Assembly (NCBI GenBank): GCA_008632985.1
Contig: QPGO01000001.1
Span: 838,404 to 902,403, forward strand
Origin: Psammoneis japonica
Taxonomy: Eukaryota
Length of the DNA: 64,000 nucleotides
Direction: 5' to 3'
Shown here piece after piece: positions 25,501 through 38,300 of this stretch. The stretch's first letter is position 1; each line of letters opens with the position of its first letter. The position numbers and the translations under genes are program-made. The notes beneath the pieces are model-generated. The model ran no database searches. It worked only from the letters and a program-made list of their open reading frames with translations, and was not told where the DNA came from.

Positions 25501-28500
25501 GATCGGTGTCGTACAGGCAGTGGCCTTGATGTGATCCTGCCAATCTGTCCGCCCGGATGTTGACTCTTGCATTTAAGGGCAAGGCATGAACTGGAGTGTG
25601 CCTGTCTTGATGTCCTTTCACCCAAGAAACTGTAGGAAGAGTCATGTCCGTCGACTCCGAGAGCAGCTTCAACGTTCGCTGGGCATAAAGAATTTCGTTC
25701 AAGACATCCCAGTCTGAGGATGTGGCATTGGCGCCGTGATGCCGAATGTGAAAATCATGTATGGTGTGTGCTTCGTCTCCTGGGTCGATCACAGGTGGAG
25801 CAGATGTCAACCGAGACAGGCATTCGACCAAAGCTTTATTGTCACAGTGAATCACCGCGTCCAATGGAGCAGAAATCCGACAACATTCACACAATCGGTA
25901 AATGAACCGAGCGATTGAAAGAATGCCGCAGGCTTCCGCGCGATACAAGGAAGGTTTCTTCCCGAACACAGGGCCAGCACAATCGACTGGTGGAGTGCCG
26001 TTCAAGGTAATCGTCCAGCCGAACGTGGCTCCCTCGCGTACAGAGCCGTCACTGCCTGCAGTAAGAGTTGATGAAAGAAAGTGTTGAACCAACACTTGAG
26101 AGGACACATGTGATTCCAAAGCATCAAACAATGTAGACTCCCCAAAGTTCCAATCGTTGCAGGCTCTCAAAAAAGGAGTCTGGTGCACCCGGAATTGATG
26201 GAGGTGTGATCTGCTGGCATGCCAGCAGACTGGATGTGTTGGAGCCAACAACACTTCTGGCATCATCGTTTGCACTGATTATTCACATCTCTCCATTGAT
26301 CACACAAACAATTGCATCTTGACTGTGAAAGCGCATCTTGACTGTGATGGGTTTGCTGCCAAAAAGTCTTGAATTTGTGTCATTGTGGAGATGCATCATC
26401 TGCCATGCCATGTGAATCTTGATGATGAAAACGACACACTCTCATGTTTTGCAATGGTGTCCAAGCAGATCCATGATCATGTTGCAGCACATGCTTGCAA
26501 CCACTTCATGTCTTGCCATTTGGATCACACCCATCTGTCACACACACATCATTGTGGACAGTTGCGGTGGCACTTGGTGCTGCAGCCACATCCCCAAAGA
26601 TTGAGAGCACAAGTTTGGCACCCCCCATGTCTCGAAGTCCCTTTAGCATGTGGTGCCAATGATTGCTGTTTGCAAAATGTCCATGTGCAAGCATGATGAG
26701 TTTTTGATCTTGAGGTCCCAAAACTTGACAGCAAATTTGTTGTGATGCAGGCCAGGTGCAGATCATTCTGCAATGTTGTTGCTGGCAAGATTTTGGATTG
26801 TGCATGGGTGTGCACAAGAGTGCCAAAAAAAGAGTGCCAGCACTGCAATTGCTCCTTTTGCTGACACCATGGTGCGATCATGTTCTTTTTGTGTCAAGAG
26901 AGCTCTCTGAAGCCAAAATGTGGTCAGGCAAAAAAGTTCCAGCATCACCACTGCAAGACTGCAAACACAGATGATTGAACAGCAGCCAGGAAACATGTGC
27001 AATGCAGTGATGACAAATCTTTAGAACATGCTGAATGTGCCGGTGGTCAAAGGATGTCCCAGCAAACGAGCAGTTTCTGGCTGCACTTCTTTGCCAAAAT
27101 GTGAACTTTGCATCTACACTGGTGTGGAGTTGGGCACAGATCTGAGGTGAAATGTAAATGCCTGACAATTTCAGTCTGATCACATTGAAACCATTACACC
27201 TCTTCCATGGCACATGTTGTTTCTTCCAATGCAATGGACCCCATTCATGATTCTCCATTGGAGCTCCAGGTGTGTGACTGAAGTTCAGCCAGTCTTTGTC
27301 TTCATCCAAGACAAAGATTGGGACATTTGGAAATTTCTGCCATGTCCTGTTCTTTGACATGTGAGGAAGTGGATGAGGTCAGTTGTGCTTGCATGTCTGT
27401 GCTGATGTTGTTTTGCATTTCTTGAGTGTTTTGACTGGATGCTGCTGCTTCAACTTCATTGATTTCATCATGGGCTTTGTTGATGTCTTTGGATGACATG
27501 CTTCCAAGATTGTCAGGGGGGTTGTCACACATGCTGGAAGGTTTTCTGTCACAGTGTTGTCCAGTCTTTGTTGTTGGTTGCTTCTGCTGCAGAAACTGCA
27601 GCAACAAGTTGACTGCTGTTTGTGACTGATTCTGGCTCTGGCTTGGTTTTCTTTTCTCCTGTTGGATGATGATTGATTGCATTGAAGCCCTTCTTGACAT
27701 GATGTTGACAGATTTCTTGCTCAGAGCAAACAATGTTGTGCTCTTTTTCATCTGGATGGACTGCTTCATGGATGGGGCACAAGTTGTTTTGGGAGCTCAA
27801 GTTGAAGTTTAATGGCAAGGCTTGAAAATCCTTGTTGCTTGGATTTGTTTTGGATTGCTGCACAGTTGTTGGAGCACATTTTTGACATTGAGATTGATGC
27901 AAATCTGAGTTGTTAACATTGCAGAGACTCTTGCAGCATTGGACTTGCTTGCTGAGATTGAGCCCTTGCAAGTTTGTGTAAACTTGGGAATTGTTCTAGG
28001 ATTTGGGATGTGCTTTTTGAGTGACAACAAACATTTCTGCTTCCACAAACTCAGGAACAGGTTGAACACTTTTTTCATCTGCAGGCAATGACGCGCACAA
28101 TCAATTGGATCATTGAGCTGATGAGTGCATGGCAAAAGCAAATGAGTGGTGTTTTGATGTGGTTTCTTGAGGGATTGCAACCAATCCTTGGTGTCAACTG
28201 CAATGTCTTGGGTCACCTTGAGCATGATGTGTTCCTCGTCTGCTGCGAGAAAAGTGCCCAGATCATGATTTTGCACAGATCAATGACAGGGTTCAAGTCA
28301 TCCATCAGCTGGCCTGTCAACAAGTGGTGAACAAGACCACAATGCGAAAGTCCTTCAGCAACATCGAAGAAGACAAAAAGTCCTCAAATCACTTGAAGAA
28401 GCAAGACCATCTTTGGGGTCTTTGTTGTCTGGCGTGCACACTTCCATGGCATGCTTGAGACCATCAGGGTTGTTGGGGTCAACTGGAGACTCAAGTGACA

Positions 28501-28810
28501 TGAAACGATCATTGCAACATTCTTCATGTGTTTGTTCTGAGCAAACAAATGGAAAGAACAGTTTTTGGCTGACATGGCTTGTCAGGACAATTTGCAGAAC
28601 TTCTTGCACCAGAAGAATGTCAGATGGCTTTGTGGAAGCAAAGGACAACGTGGACAGAAACAGGGAGTGAAATACATAGCCCCACAGAAAGACGTGACGA
28701 CGACGGTGCAAACGACGCACCAGCGCCATGGTGTCTACGAGAAAAATGTGTAGAGGCGAAGCTGGTACAAAAAAGTGGTCTGTAAGTCGTTCTCCGCCTT
28801 TTGACTTTTG
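22560..28810 (-). mobile_element. Degenerate non-LTR retrotransposon (LINE) with RNase H, Ambal-like by inference
   Basis: TpA/CpG-depleted block containing an RNase H and CCHC segment. Right end shared with 13704-13825. Boundaries approximate. Confidence 0.65.
24680..26210 (-). pseudogene. LINE ORF2 C-terminal fragment: RNase H and CCHC zinc knuckle
   Basis: GSDGSV..TFGW, SLYRAEACG, HCDNKAL, WVKGHQD, NIRADRLA (RNase HI); CIACDHPMEDRDHILRC (CX2CX8HX3C). Confidence 0.85.
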
Positions 28811-28887
28811 AGGGCCGGCTTACCGCAAACTCCAAAAAACTTCACACACAACACTTTGTACCGTGTAAGTGCTGTCCCTGTTATACA

Positions 28888-30912
28888 ATGCCTCAATCAA
28901 GCGCTAACCCCGTTATTCGAAGAAGAAAAGTCCCCAGTCGCAGACGAAAGGACGGACTGATTCAGTACGCTCGAAACGAGACCAGTCAATGCGGAGAGGA
29001 TGGCATTCTAGAAGCACTATTTTCTCGAATCCCGCAACCTGCTACCTCGAGACGACGATTCTGTGTCGATGTCGGGGCATGGGATGGCGTTCACCTTTCG
29101 AACACATATTCTTTGTTGGTTGGTTCGAATCAGCAAGATGCGGGGGCGAAACCATGGAAAGGTGTCTTGATTGAGGCTGATTCAGAACGTTTCCAGGACT
29201 TGACTTCTCTTCAGCAACCTCTCGACAACACTTGTTTATGCGTGGCGGTGTCAGGTGACAGCAATGACGAAAACAGTCTCGTCAGATTGCTACAAGATAA
29301 GACCGATGCTCCTTCTGATATCGATTTGCTATGTATTGACGTGGATGGCTCTGATTATTGGCTCATGCATGACGTGTTGAACAGTGAGCTCTACATGCCA
29401 GTGGTGATTTGTGTTGAATTCAACCCTACAATGCCTCAGGATTTGATTTATATACCTCCACAGTCGGATTCAAAACGACATGGTGCTTCGCTTGCTGCAC
29501 TCGTTGAATTGGCTGAGCAACATGATTACGTCTTGGTGGAGACTACCCTGTACAATGCTTTTTTCGTTCTGAGAAATGTTCACCAAGATCACCTCACAAC
29601 CACAGTACCCGAAACTACCATTGAGGCATTATCGGAAGTCACAATGGGAACTTCCCTTTATCAACTCTACGATGGTACAATTAAGCTCTCGGGATGTAAG
29701 AAACTTCTGTGGCATCGAGTGCCAATCAAGGAGGAAAATATACAGATACTTCCTTCCGACCAACGAACCTTTCCATTCGCGCCATCACCAACCATACCGG
29801 TACCTTCAGTCCATGACAAGGACTTGTTCAACGATGCGATTGATATGGCGAGCTATTGTCGCTCGTTGGACATTAGCAATGGACAACAAGAAACGGCAGC
29901 CATGGCAGAATGCGCAACCCAGCTTTGGAAGCAGCTTTACATAAATGGATTTTGCTTGGTGCGTGGCACTGGTATCGACACAAATCGTTGCAAGTTGGCT
30001 CTAGAAGCAACCAGATCTTTTCTGTTGGAAGCCCCGGAAGCCGTACGACGATCATGCCTCGCAAAAGACCGCGCGCGAAGGGGTTACAGTCCAATGTGTA
30101 CCGAGAACTTTGCATCTCTTATCGGTGACAAGGCACCCAATGATCTTGTGCGCAAGTTTCGAATTGGACCATCTCACGATAGATGTCATGTCCCGTCGTC
30201 CCCTCTACTTCGTCCCAATATATGGCCCACTGGTGAGGTTTGGGCGGACGATGATGCAACCATGTTTCGCTCTGCAATCGAATCCTACTATGAAGCATCA
30301 TGTCGTGCTTCGCATGCTGTTACCCGAGCAATTTGTGACGGTATCCTCCAACAACACCAAAGCTTGAAAGAATCAATGGAATCATTACTTGCCTCTCCAG
30401 AACGCAACGGTGACTCGACTCTAGAATCGCAACAATCGTCTATTCTGACTCTCTTGGGATACTCACCAGGCTCACGACACAAGAAGAAGCCACCGAAGCC
30501 TCTTGTTGCACCCCACACAGATGTGGGTATCATTACTTTCCTTCTTTTTGATGCCGGTGACTGTGCCACTCTTCAAAGAAAGAAATCTGGGAATGACAGA
30601 TCCGATAACTCAAGCTGGGTAGACGTGAGGCTCCCCCCACAGGTACCGGAGGATCCAATCTTTGTTGTAAACATTGGTGACTGTCTATCCGAGTTGTGTA
30701 ACGGTTTATTGCCGTCGACGCTGCACCGTGTCATGGCGCAACCTCAGGGCTCTATTCCTCGGTGTTGCCTTGCTCTTTTTGTCGGATTGGAGCCGAATCA
30801 AAGACTCGTATTCCCACAAGGAAAAGGCAGTACAAATGGGGAACACGAGCTAACGTTTGAAGAGTGGAGACGTCATCGAATTGCTGCGGCCCAGAAAATG
30901 CTCAATGATTGA
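28888..30912 (+). CDS. Fusion: FkbM-like SAM methyltransferase + 2OG-Fe(II) dioxygenase (IPNS/DIOX family)
   Basis: N-half SQCGEDGILEALF, CVDVGAWDG..SNT, GVLIEAD, DLLCIDVDGSDYW, VICVEFNP. C-half GFCLVRGTG, RRGYSP, PNIWP, HTDVG, VNIGD, STLHRV, RCCLALF. First ATG at 28888. Confidence 0.85.
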   Translation: MPQSSANPVIRRRKVPSRRRKDGLIQYARNETSQCGEDGILEALFSRIPQPATSRRRFCVDVGAWDGVHLSNTYSLLVGSNQQDAGAKPWKGVLIEADSERFQDLTSLQQPLDNTCLCVAVSGDSNDENSLVRLLQDKTDAPSDIDLLCIDVDGSDYWLMHDVLNSELYMPVVICVEFNPTMPQDLIYIPPQSDSKRHGASLAALVELAEQHDYVLVETTLYNAFFVLRNVHQDHLTTTVPETTIEALSEVTMGTSLYQLYDGTIKLSGCKKLLWHRVPIKEENIQILPSDQRTFPFAPSPTIPVPSVHDKDLFNDAIDMASYCRSLDISNGQQETAAMAECATQLWKQLYINGFCLVRGTGIDTNRCKLALEATRSFLLEAPEAVRRSCLAKDRARRGYSPMCTENFASLIGDKAPNDLVRKFRIGPSHDRCHVPSSPLLRPNIWPTGEVWADDDATMFRSAIESYYEASCRASHAVTRAICDGILQQHQSLKESMESLLASPERNGDSTLESQQSSILTLLGYSPGSRHKKKPPKPLVAPHTDVGIITFLLFDAGDCATLQRKKSGNDRSDNSSWVDVRLPPQVPEDPIFVVNIGDCLSELCNGLLPSTLHRVMAQPQGSIPRCCLALFVGLEPNQRLVFPQGKGSTNGEHELTFEEWRRHRIAAAQKMLND

Positions 30913-31399
30913 AGGGGTGCAATCCAGAAACCTGGTGGCTAGTTCAAGATTCTGTCCCCGCGTCCCAGATGAGCGCCACGGACAGTAGTACGAGCAAAAC
31001 GCACCAACAGCTCCCTTTTTTTTACTGACTCCGTGCAGCAGTGGAATGTCTAGTCTCCCTTGTCTCTTTTCCTCATCATTGTCCGACTTCACCTTATAGC
31101 TCCCAGCAAAGGCAGCTCCAACAGCAAAAAGGAAGAGATGAAGCTCAACGCCGACACGGAACCGGAGAATCATTTTGATCGAGGTGGTTGGCACTTGTCG
31201 ACCTTCATGTTGCCTGTCGCTTCACACTCCGCATTGACGGCCCCCGTTGACGTTATTGCCCCTTGATTGACGCTTTTCCCGAGGCGTTGACATCCCCTGA
31301 CATGTACAGTGGTGTGCTCCCTCTGCACATTGTCGATACAAAGCTTGCGGTGATGAGACGATAATGGCACTGCTGCATGCTTCTCCCGTGGCTGCCAAC

Positions 31400-31627
31400 A
31401 ACCATGACATGCAGGGATGCCTGCCCCTTCATTTACTCTGAATGACTCAAGGGAATTTAGAAGTCGTCCAGAAACTGGTGGATGCTCACCCAGAAGTTGC
31501 GTGGATGAGAGACAATTCAGGTATGCTACCGGTCGATTATGCCCAGTCGTGCAACGTCGTTCGAGATGCCAACTCTTCTGAGTTGCCGTTCTACTTCATC
31601 TCCGAAAAACAGACGCGAGAGGGTTAA
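31400..31627 (+). pseudogene. Ankyrin-repeat fragment
   Basis: DMQGCLPLHLL*MTQGNLEVVQKLVDAHPEVAWMRDNSGMLPVDYA with an in-frame stop. Confidence 0.5.
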
Positions 31628-32689
31628 CACAATTTCTGATGCTGCAGCTCCATCGATCATGCTCTTGGTGGTGGCTCAGAAGATATCCCGAGGCCGATCT
31701 GTGAAGTGTTTCCGACCTTGCCATTGCTGTCCGAGCCGCGCGAAATATAAAGGACATGGCATGTTTTAGTATCTGTAGAGAGTGCGTAACGGTGTGTGTC
31801 TACTCTATTTCTAGAAAGATCCGTTACCCCTCTTGTTGTTCCTAAGAAAAGGTCTAGTTAAATGCCAGATTTCAGCTTATTGAAGCAACTCTCCTCCGTT
31901 TGTATCCAGGGTGAATCTCCCTTCTCTTGCCATGAACTCACCCATTCTTCAAACCACCTAGACATAACGGTATTGTGACATTGTGTCGCTGGCATGTTAC
32001 CCTGTTCTGGTCTGGCTAGAAACGCTTCTAGTTCTTCCAAAAATCAAGGGGCACTTCTTCTCTTTAATTGTATCTCAATGTTCTTCAGCCTGTCTTCATT
32101 TTTGAGAAAAAGCGACATACCCGGAACGTCAGCTTATTGCTGCAATACCAAGTTCTTGACTTCATCCTTACTATACCTCTAGGGTACTCTCGGTGTTTTG
32201 GTTTCACACACTTGAACTTCATTGGCACCACCGAAGACAAATGCCAATAAGCCCTGAGTACCGGTAGCAGAAAAAGCGCCGCTTGGCTGTGCCACTCAGA
32301 CATGCCAGGAGGTAAGGTAACGTACCGGTACGGCAAAATGTGTGGGACATGAGACCGACAGAGCACGTTTGGAATGGCATCAAAGGACGATGTATTTATG
32401 AAGGTTTTCGTGCGTGCTGTTTGCTGATGCGAGACCTGGCATATGTCTCTTTTGACCATACCGAAACAACGCCGCCATGGGACTACTATTTGAAACGATG
32501 AGGAGCGATGCTTGATCATTATAGCACTAGCAGCATTCTTGCTTGTTAAATACTTTGCTTCATTATTTGATTACGATTTCACTACTACAGAATACAAAAA
32601 GCCCAAGCAAAAAGCCCAGAAGGAAGATGGAGAGTAGCGTTTCCGTCGTTCTACTGTCTGTTGCAAAGACAAGCGCACATCAGGTAGCT

Positions 32690-34456
32690 TTACTGCACCA
32701 GCTCTTCTCCTTGGTAGCCAACACAATGCCAGCAGTTAAAGACATGATTCGGGTCGTACTTCTTCTTGAGCTGCGCCAAGCGATCATAGTTTGATCCCCA
32801 CAAAGCACGACGCCAATTGGGTTCCAAGACGTAGTGGTGATTGAACGACACGCCAGTGATGTTGTTGGGGAGAAAATTGCGAATCAAGTCACCGGTCTCT
32901 TGATCAAAAGCCGTTAGGTGAAACACAGCATTTCTCATGGCCGGATTGACAGCCGTTGCATTGTCAGCGACTTCATTTGTCTTTCCACCCAAAAAGTAGT
33001 TGATAAAATGTGGGTTACCCTTTGACCACTTTTTCATGGTGTCGAGAAGTTCTTCCTTGCGATCAATCACAACCTCACGGGGCACCAGTCGAGCACGCAT
33101 TTCATGAGCTCCTGAGAAAATAAGCCCCGTGAGCTCCTGAATCGTCGGCTGGTTGTAGGCCCCAGCACCTCCCATGAACTCATACCAGTTGTCAAATGTT
33201 TCCATTGTTGAGCTCGGTAATGGAGAAAAGGAACTTGTATCGGTTGATTCACCATGCCAGGCATCAAAAGCATTCACAAAGCTCTCACGGGCTTGGTCCT
33301 GATCTCCCATAAAGGTGAGATCACAGCGTTGAGGATCAAATGAGCCACTCCACCTATTGTCAAGGTCTGGGCTGATGTCAAGCCAGTAATCCATCCATCG
33401 ATGTTTGAATCTGTCCGCCTGTTCCGTGCATGGCAATCCACACATGCTCCATTTGAGTGTCGTTACCGGGGTCACTTGGTGGAGCTTGTAGTGTATCCTT
33501 GTCACGACTCCAAAGGTCCCTCCTCCACCTCCTCGCAGTGCCCAAAACAAATCGGGCTCATTGCAGGGATCCACCTTTTCTAAAAAGGTACCATTTGCCA
33601 ACACACAGTCAAAATCAATCACTTGGTCAATTCCAATGCCATATGTGCGGCTCGACAGGGACAGACCACATCCCTGAAGCCACCCCCCAGCGGCTGAGAC
33701 AGAGCGACAACCACCAGTGACCATGTGATACTCGCCCTTGACAGCCTCCAAAACATCATTCCATGTCTCACCTCCATTAATGGCCACCACCGCATCGTGA
33801 GTAATGCTATCATCGCACGAATTCTTGTAGTCCCTGACAATGGTGCCATTCTTTGGATAGTTGTGCATCCAAATCAACAGAGAATTTCTAGCTGTCGAGG
33901 CTCCCGTGAGGGAATGACCCGTGGTCTTGACGGACACGGCAATGTTGTGGTTGTTGGCAAACTCCAAAGCCTTGGCAATATCTTGAGGAGTCCTCACGTC
34001 AGCAACGTAGGCCGGAAGGTCATAGTCAGCGTCGGGATCACAGAAATCACGGGCACAGGTCGGACCTTGCATGCAAACGCCATCGCCTCCTGCTGCAATG
34101 GAGTACGAATTGATACCAAGCGTTGAGCAATCCCAAAAGTATTTCCAACCCTGGCCACGAATAAAGGGACCGTCGAGTGAAGCACCGGCTGAAAGGGCAG
34201 ACTCTAACGCATTCCAATCGCTGAAGGAGGGCCAAGAGCCAGAGTCTGGAGTGTTGTAAGTTTTGACCCCGTTGTTTGCCACGGGATCTACTCCACCCAG
34301 TGTATCAAGGTCTCGCCCAGCGTATTCATCCACTGCTTTCTCTGCCGGTATGTCATCACGTCGACGAACTCTCGGTGTTTTTCCTTGTGGTTCTTGAGCA
34401 GCGCTGACAAAAACGAGAACACCAAAGCTTATGGAGGCTGCAAAGTAGCTCCACAT
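32690..34456 (-). CDS. Secreted FAD-linked oxidoreductase, berberine bridge enzyme (BBE)-like
   Basis: Signal-like MWSYFAASISFGVLVFVSAA; SVKTTGHS (covalent FAD His); GGWLQGCG; DLFWALRGGGGGTFGVVT; C-terminal WGSNYDRLAQLKKKYDPNHVF. Confidence 0.9.
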   Translation of the reverse strand: MWSYFAASISFGVLVFVSAAQEPQGKTPRVRRRDDIPAEKAVDEYAGRDLDTLGGVDPVANNGVKTYNTPDSGSWPSFSDWNALESALSAGASLDGPFIRGQGWKYFWDCSTLGINSYSIAAGGDGVCMQGPTCARDFCDPDADYDLPAYVADVRTPQDIAKALEFANNHNIAVSVKTTGHSLTGASTARNSLLIWMHNYPKNGTIVRDYKNSCDDSITHDAVVAINGGETWNDVLEAVKGEYHMVTGGCRSVSAAGGWLQGCGLSLSSRTYGIGIDQVIDFDCVLANGTFLEKVDPCNEPDLFWALRGGGGGTFGVVTRIHYKLHQVTPVTTLKWSMCGLPCTEQADRFKHRWMDYWLDISPDLDNRWSGSFDPQRCDLTFMGDQDQARESFVNAFDAWHGESTDTSSFSPLPSSTMETFDNWYEFMGGAGAYNQPTIQELTGLIFSGAHEMRARLVPREVVIDRKEELLDTMKKWSKGNPHFINYFLGGKTNEVADNATAVNPAMRNAVFHLTAFDQETGDLIRNFLPNNITGVSFNHHYVLEPNWRRALWGSNYDRLAQLKKKYDPNHVFNCWHCVGYQGEELVQ

Positions 34457-35319
34457 GGTGAATCTTTGCGAGCAAGACAGAAATCTTTCGCAAAAATCTT
34501 GCAGTTTATGTTTGATGTCAGTGCCTATGATAATGCTAATGCCGTCGTTCTCTCGCTTGTTGTTGTTGGAGACGGGATGGATACCGGTACCTACAGTAGT
34601 TGTTATGCAATGGCTTGAATATTCGAATGCCGTTACCTTTTGTGAGCGCAACAGCCCCGAAATTTTTTCAACGGCTTCTGGTCAACTCTGGCGATAGCAA
34701 TTACAGTATCCATTCTTGCGGACACTTTTTCTCCCTAATTAATATTTTATTTTCAAACGACGGCCTTTAAAACAATTTCAGTACTGTATGTATTTCATAT
34801 AATATCCACTTAAATTGTGGCGGGACAGCAGAGCGTGAGAGAGCGAGCTCTAGCTAGTGGCACATCTCGTCCGGCCGGCCCATTTTTCAGATTTTCCGTC
34901 TGTCTGTGCGAGCGCTGTCGGCTGTCGATTGATCAGAATGATGAAACAACATGACGATGGATGTCTTTACGTGGCGTCTCGTCATGCGTTGGCTTCATGC
35001 CAGGGACATTGGTTCTGTGTCCAGAGTGTGCAAATCCTGGAACAAAAGGTTGTTGTCTGATGAAGATGGAGGAGATTTGTGAAAGCAGATTTGTGCCAAC
35101 ACCCCCTTGGAACGCACGGTGCAAAGCTTTCTCTCCGCAGCATCAAGTTGGGACTTTCATCATTTGACCAATTTGCTTGCATTGAAAGTGCCCATGGAAG
35201 AATTGTCAAGCATTCCACTTGGCCCTGCCCTGCTGCCAAGCAGCCAGTGTGCCAGCTTTTGCTGAACTCTGCCACGTTGAAAAATTCAACGCTGGCAACA
35301 AGCGCCACCGAAGCGTCGT

Positions 35320-38300
35320 TGTTGGAAATGGTGGGTTAAAAGTTCAAACACCGAAATTAGACAGCGCAAAGAAGACGCACGCGTCAGCGCTCATGTGCTC
35401 CACGTGAGGCACTGAAACTGCCGATGGAAGCAGTCATTGCTCTCTTCTGACTCTTGCCAGAAAGTGTTGTGATGACAAGCTTGTCTGTTTTAGCCTCAGG
35501 ATCAGACCTTAGAGGACTGAGGTGGCTCTGGAACAGTCGCCAGAAAGATGGGCCACAACAGTTAAAAGAGAATGATCCAGCTGAGAGCTGTGAAAAGAAA
35601 GCAAGAAAGAAAAAAGTCATTCTCACGGTGTGTGAGACATTTTGCTGCTTTGCCTTTTTATCATGAGTGGAAGAGGCAGAGGTGGAACTGGCAATGGAAG
35701 CCAAGGAAGAGGATCCTCAGGAAGGGGAAACAAGAGTGGCAAGCAAAGCCACAAGGGCATCAATGATTGTGCCCACCATGTTGGAAGTGCCAAGCAAGCA
35801 TCTGATTTTCAGATTGCTGCTGAGTTCATCATCAACTACATTGAGAAGACTTGTGAGTTTGGAAATGACATTGCAACTGCACTCAACACTTGCACTCCAT
35901 GTGACATGAGTTCTAAGAAGCCGACTTTGCAGGTCAGCTTGACTGGAGATGACAAGGTGGACGCGCCATTGAACAAATGGTGTGAAATTGAGTTCAAGAC
36001 AGAATTTGATGCTCACATTAAGAGGACCCCCAAACTCATGAGAACAACCTAATCTCAAGGCTTGCGCTTTGCTCTGGGAGAGGTGCTCCAAGGCCATGAA
36101 GAACAAGATTCAAGCAAGAATTGAGTTCCAAACCAAAGTTGAAAACAATCCTGTCGAATTGCTCAAGGCCATTGAGGAGCATGCATTGAACTGCCAAGAG
36201 CACAGGTGTGACACATGGCTGTCATCTCAGATTCAATGAGAGCGGTGCTGGAAACCAAGCAGAAGGAGAAGGAAAGTCTCCAAGATTGCACCAAGAGATT
36301 CAGGGTTGCAAGGGACATCATGAAGTCTCACATTGGAGGACCTGTTGTCCTCACCAAGGCAGTGCAATTTATGTCAGAATGTGACGAGCACAGTGCGGAT
36401 TCCATCAAGAAGTGTCAAGAAAAGGCGTTCAGCCAATTGATGGGTTGCATGCACTTGGAGAACTCAGACCAGCGCAAGTGCGGATCAATTCTAACAGGAT
36501 TGAACACTCAGCAGTCCCTCAAGAATGACCAATGTCCCAAGTCCATTGCAGAAGCCAGCGCGGTGTTGAGCAACCACACTTTCAACTGTGTTGGTCAGTC
36601 TGACAACCACCGCAACAGGAACAATCGAAACAACAACTCTCTGACTCCAAGAAACAAGAAGAAAACCAAGAAATCATGCTGTCCTTTGCTCAGTTAGAAG
36701 GCAAGTGTTGCTGCTGTGGCAAGGCCGGGTGCAATTCCAACAACTGCTGGGAAAGGCCAGGAAAACCTCAAGCAGAATGGGCCATCAACAAGGCCAAAGC
36801 CAAGCAAGAAGCAAGCAACGCTCAGGCGAGTGATGATGCCAGCACAGCCAACTCTTCTGCCAAAGAATCCACTGGAACAAAATCCACTGTTTCAGGATGG
36901 GCTGGCACGCACATCGATGTGTCTCTCTGCCAGGATCAATCTGGCAGCATGAGAGACTGGATTTTATTGGACAACCAGCCCACAACCACAATCTTCTGCA
37001 ATGAGAAGCTTGTCACAGACATCCGTCCGTCGGATGAAGCCATGCGTTTGCACACCAACGGCGGAGTCCCAGTCACAACACACAAGGCCACGGTGCTGGG
37101 GTTTGGCGAGACTTGGTTCAACCCGGATGCAATCACCAACATTTTTGCTTGCTCTGACATGAAGAAACACAGAATCACAAGTGATTCCAAGCAAGACAAT
37201 GCCTGACATGAAGAAGAAACACAGAATCACAAGTGATTCCAAGCAAGACAACGCATTCACCGTTCATCTCCCAAACAAGAAGGCAGGTTCGAGGAGGATG
37301 GAAAAGGGCTGCACGTTTGCAAGCCCAAGACAAACAACACTGGAGCTCAGCTCCAATTTGTGCAGAGTGTGGAAGAGAACAAGAAGTTCTACACTCCACG
37401 ACAATTCAAGAAAGCCAAGAGGGCCAGGGAATTGTTGCGCGCGTTGGGAAACCCAACCGTGAATGATCTGAAGGCCATCATTCGCATGAACAGCATCAAG
37501 AACAATCCCGTCACAATGGAGGATGTAGATTTGGCCGAGAAGATTTTTGGACCAGACATTGGAAGTCTAAAAGGCAAGGTCACAAGGCAGAAGCCGGAGC
37601 CAGTTGCAGAAGACTGCATGGAGATCCCGAAGGAGCTCATTGCAGCGCAACACAAGGTCACTCTTTGCCTGGACGGCCTCAAGGTGAATGGATTGCCATT
37701 CCTCACCACAGTGTCACGAAACATTTTTTATCGCACGGCACAACCGCTCAAGGACTTGACCCAACCAACTCATCAAGAAGCTCTGGAAGATGTGCTGCAA
37801 GTCTGCAACAAGGCCGATTTGAAGGTCACACGCATTCGTTGCGACAACGAATTCAAGCCCATTGGGAATGCACTAGACGACAAGTTTGATCTCAAGATGA
37901 GCTGCGCAAATGCTCAGGAGCATGTCCCAGAAGCCGAAAGAAACAATCGAGTCATTCAAGAACGTGCCATGGCAGTCTGTCATCAGCTGCCATTCAAGCA
38001 TCTGCCAAAACTCATGGTCGAAGTCATGGTCGCCAAAGCTGCTAAGAAGCTCAATTGTTTTCCAGCCAAGCACGGCATTTCCAAACATTGCAGTCCGAGA
38101 ATGATTCTCCATCAAAAGAATCTAGACTGTGACAAGAGCTGCAAGATCACGTTCGGCACTTGTGTGCAAGTTCACAATGACCTGGACCCCAAGAACACCC
38201 AAGAGTCACGGACCTTGGATTGCATTCATTTGCACCCCACCGACAGCAACCAGATTGGACATGAGTTGCTGCACTTGCAAACCGGCAAGAAGATCACTCG

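Noticed and set aside
24385..26503. ~295-bp near-identical direct repeats (24385-24678, 26212-26503) flanking the RNase H segment, resembling LTRs
   Set aside because: No TG...CA ends or TSD; an N at 24679 sits exactly at the junction, so a scaffolding or haplotype-merge artefact is more likely.
31858..32520. Short ORFs between the two enzyme genes
   Set aside because: No recognisable motifs; possibly a fragmented gene but unsupported.
14010..34860. ctag/tagtgg motifs at several borders of depleted blocks (14012, 14483, 17667, 34850) as possible hAT or Helitron termini
   Set aside because: Could not pair them into convincing TIRs, hairpins or TSDs.
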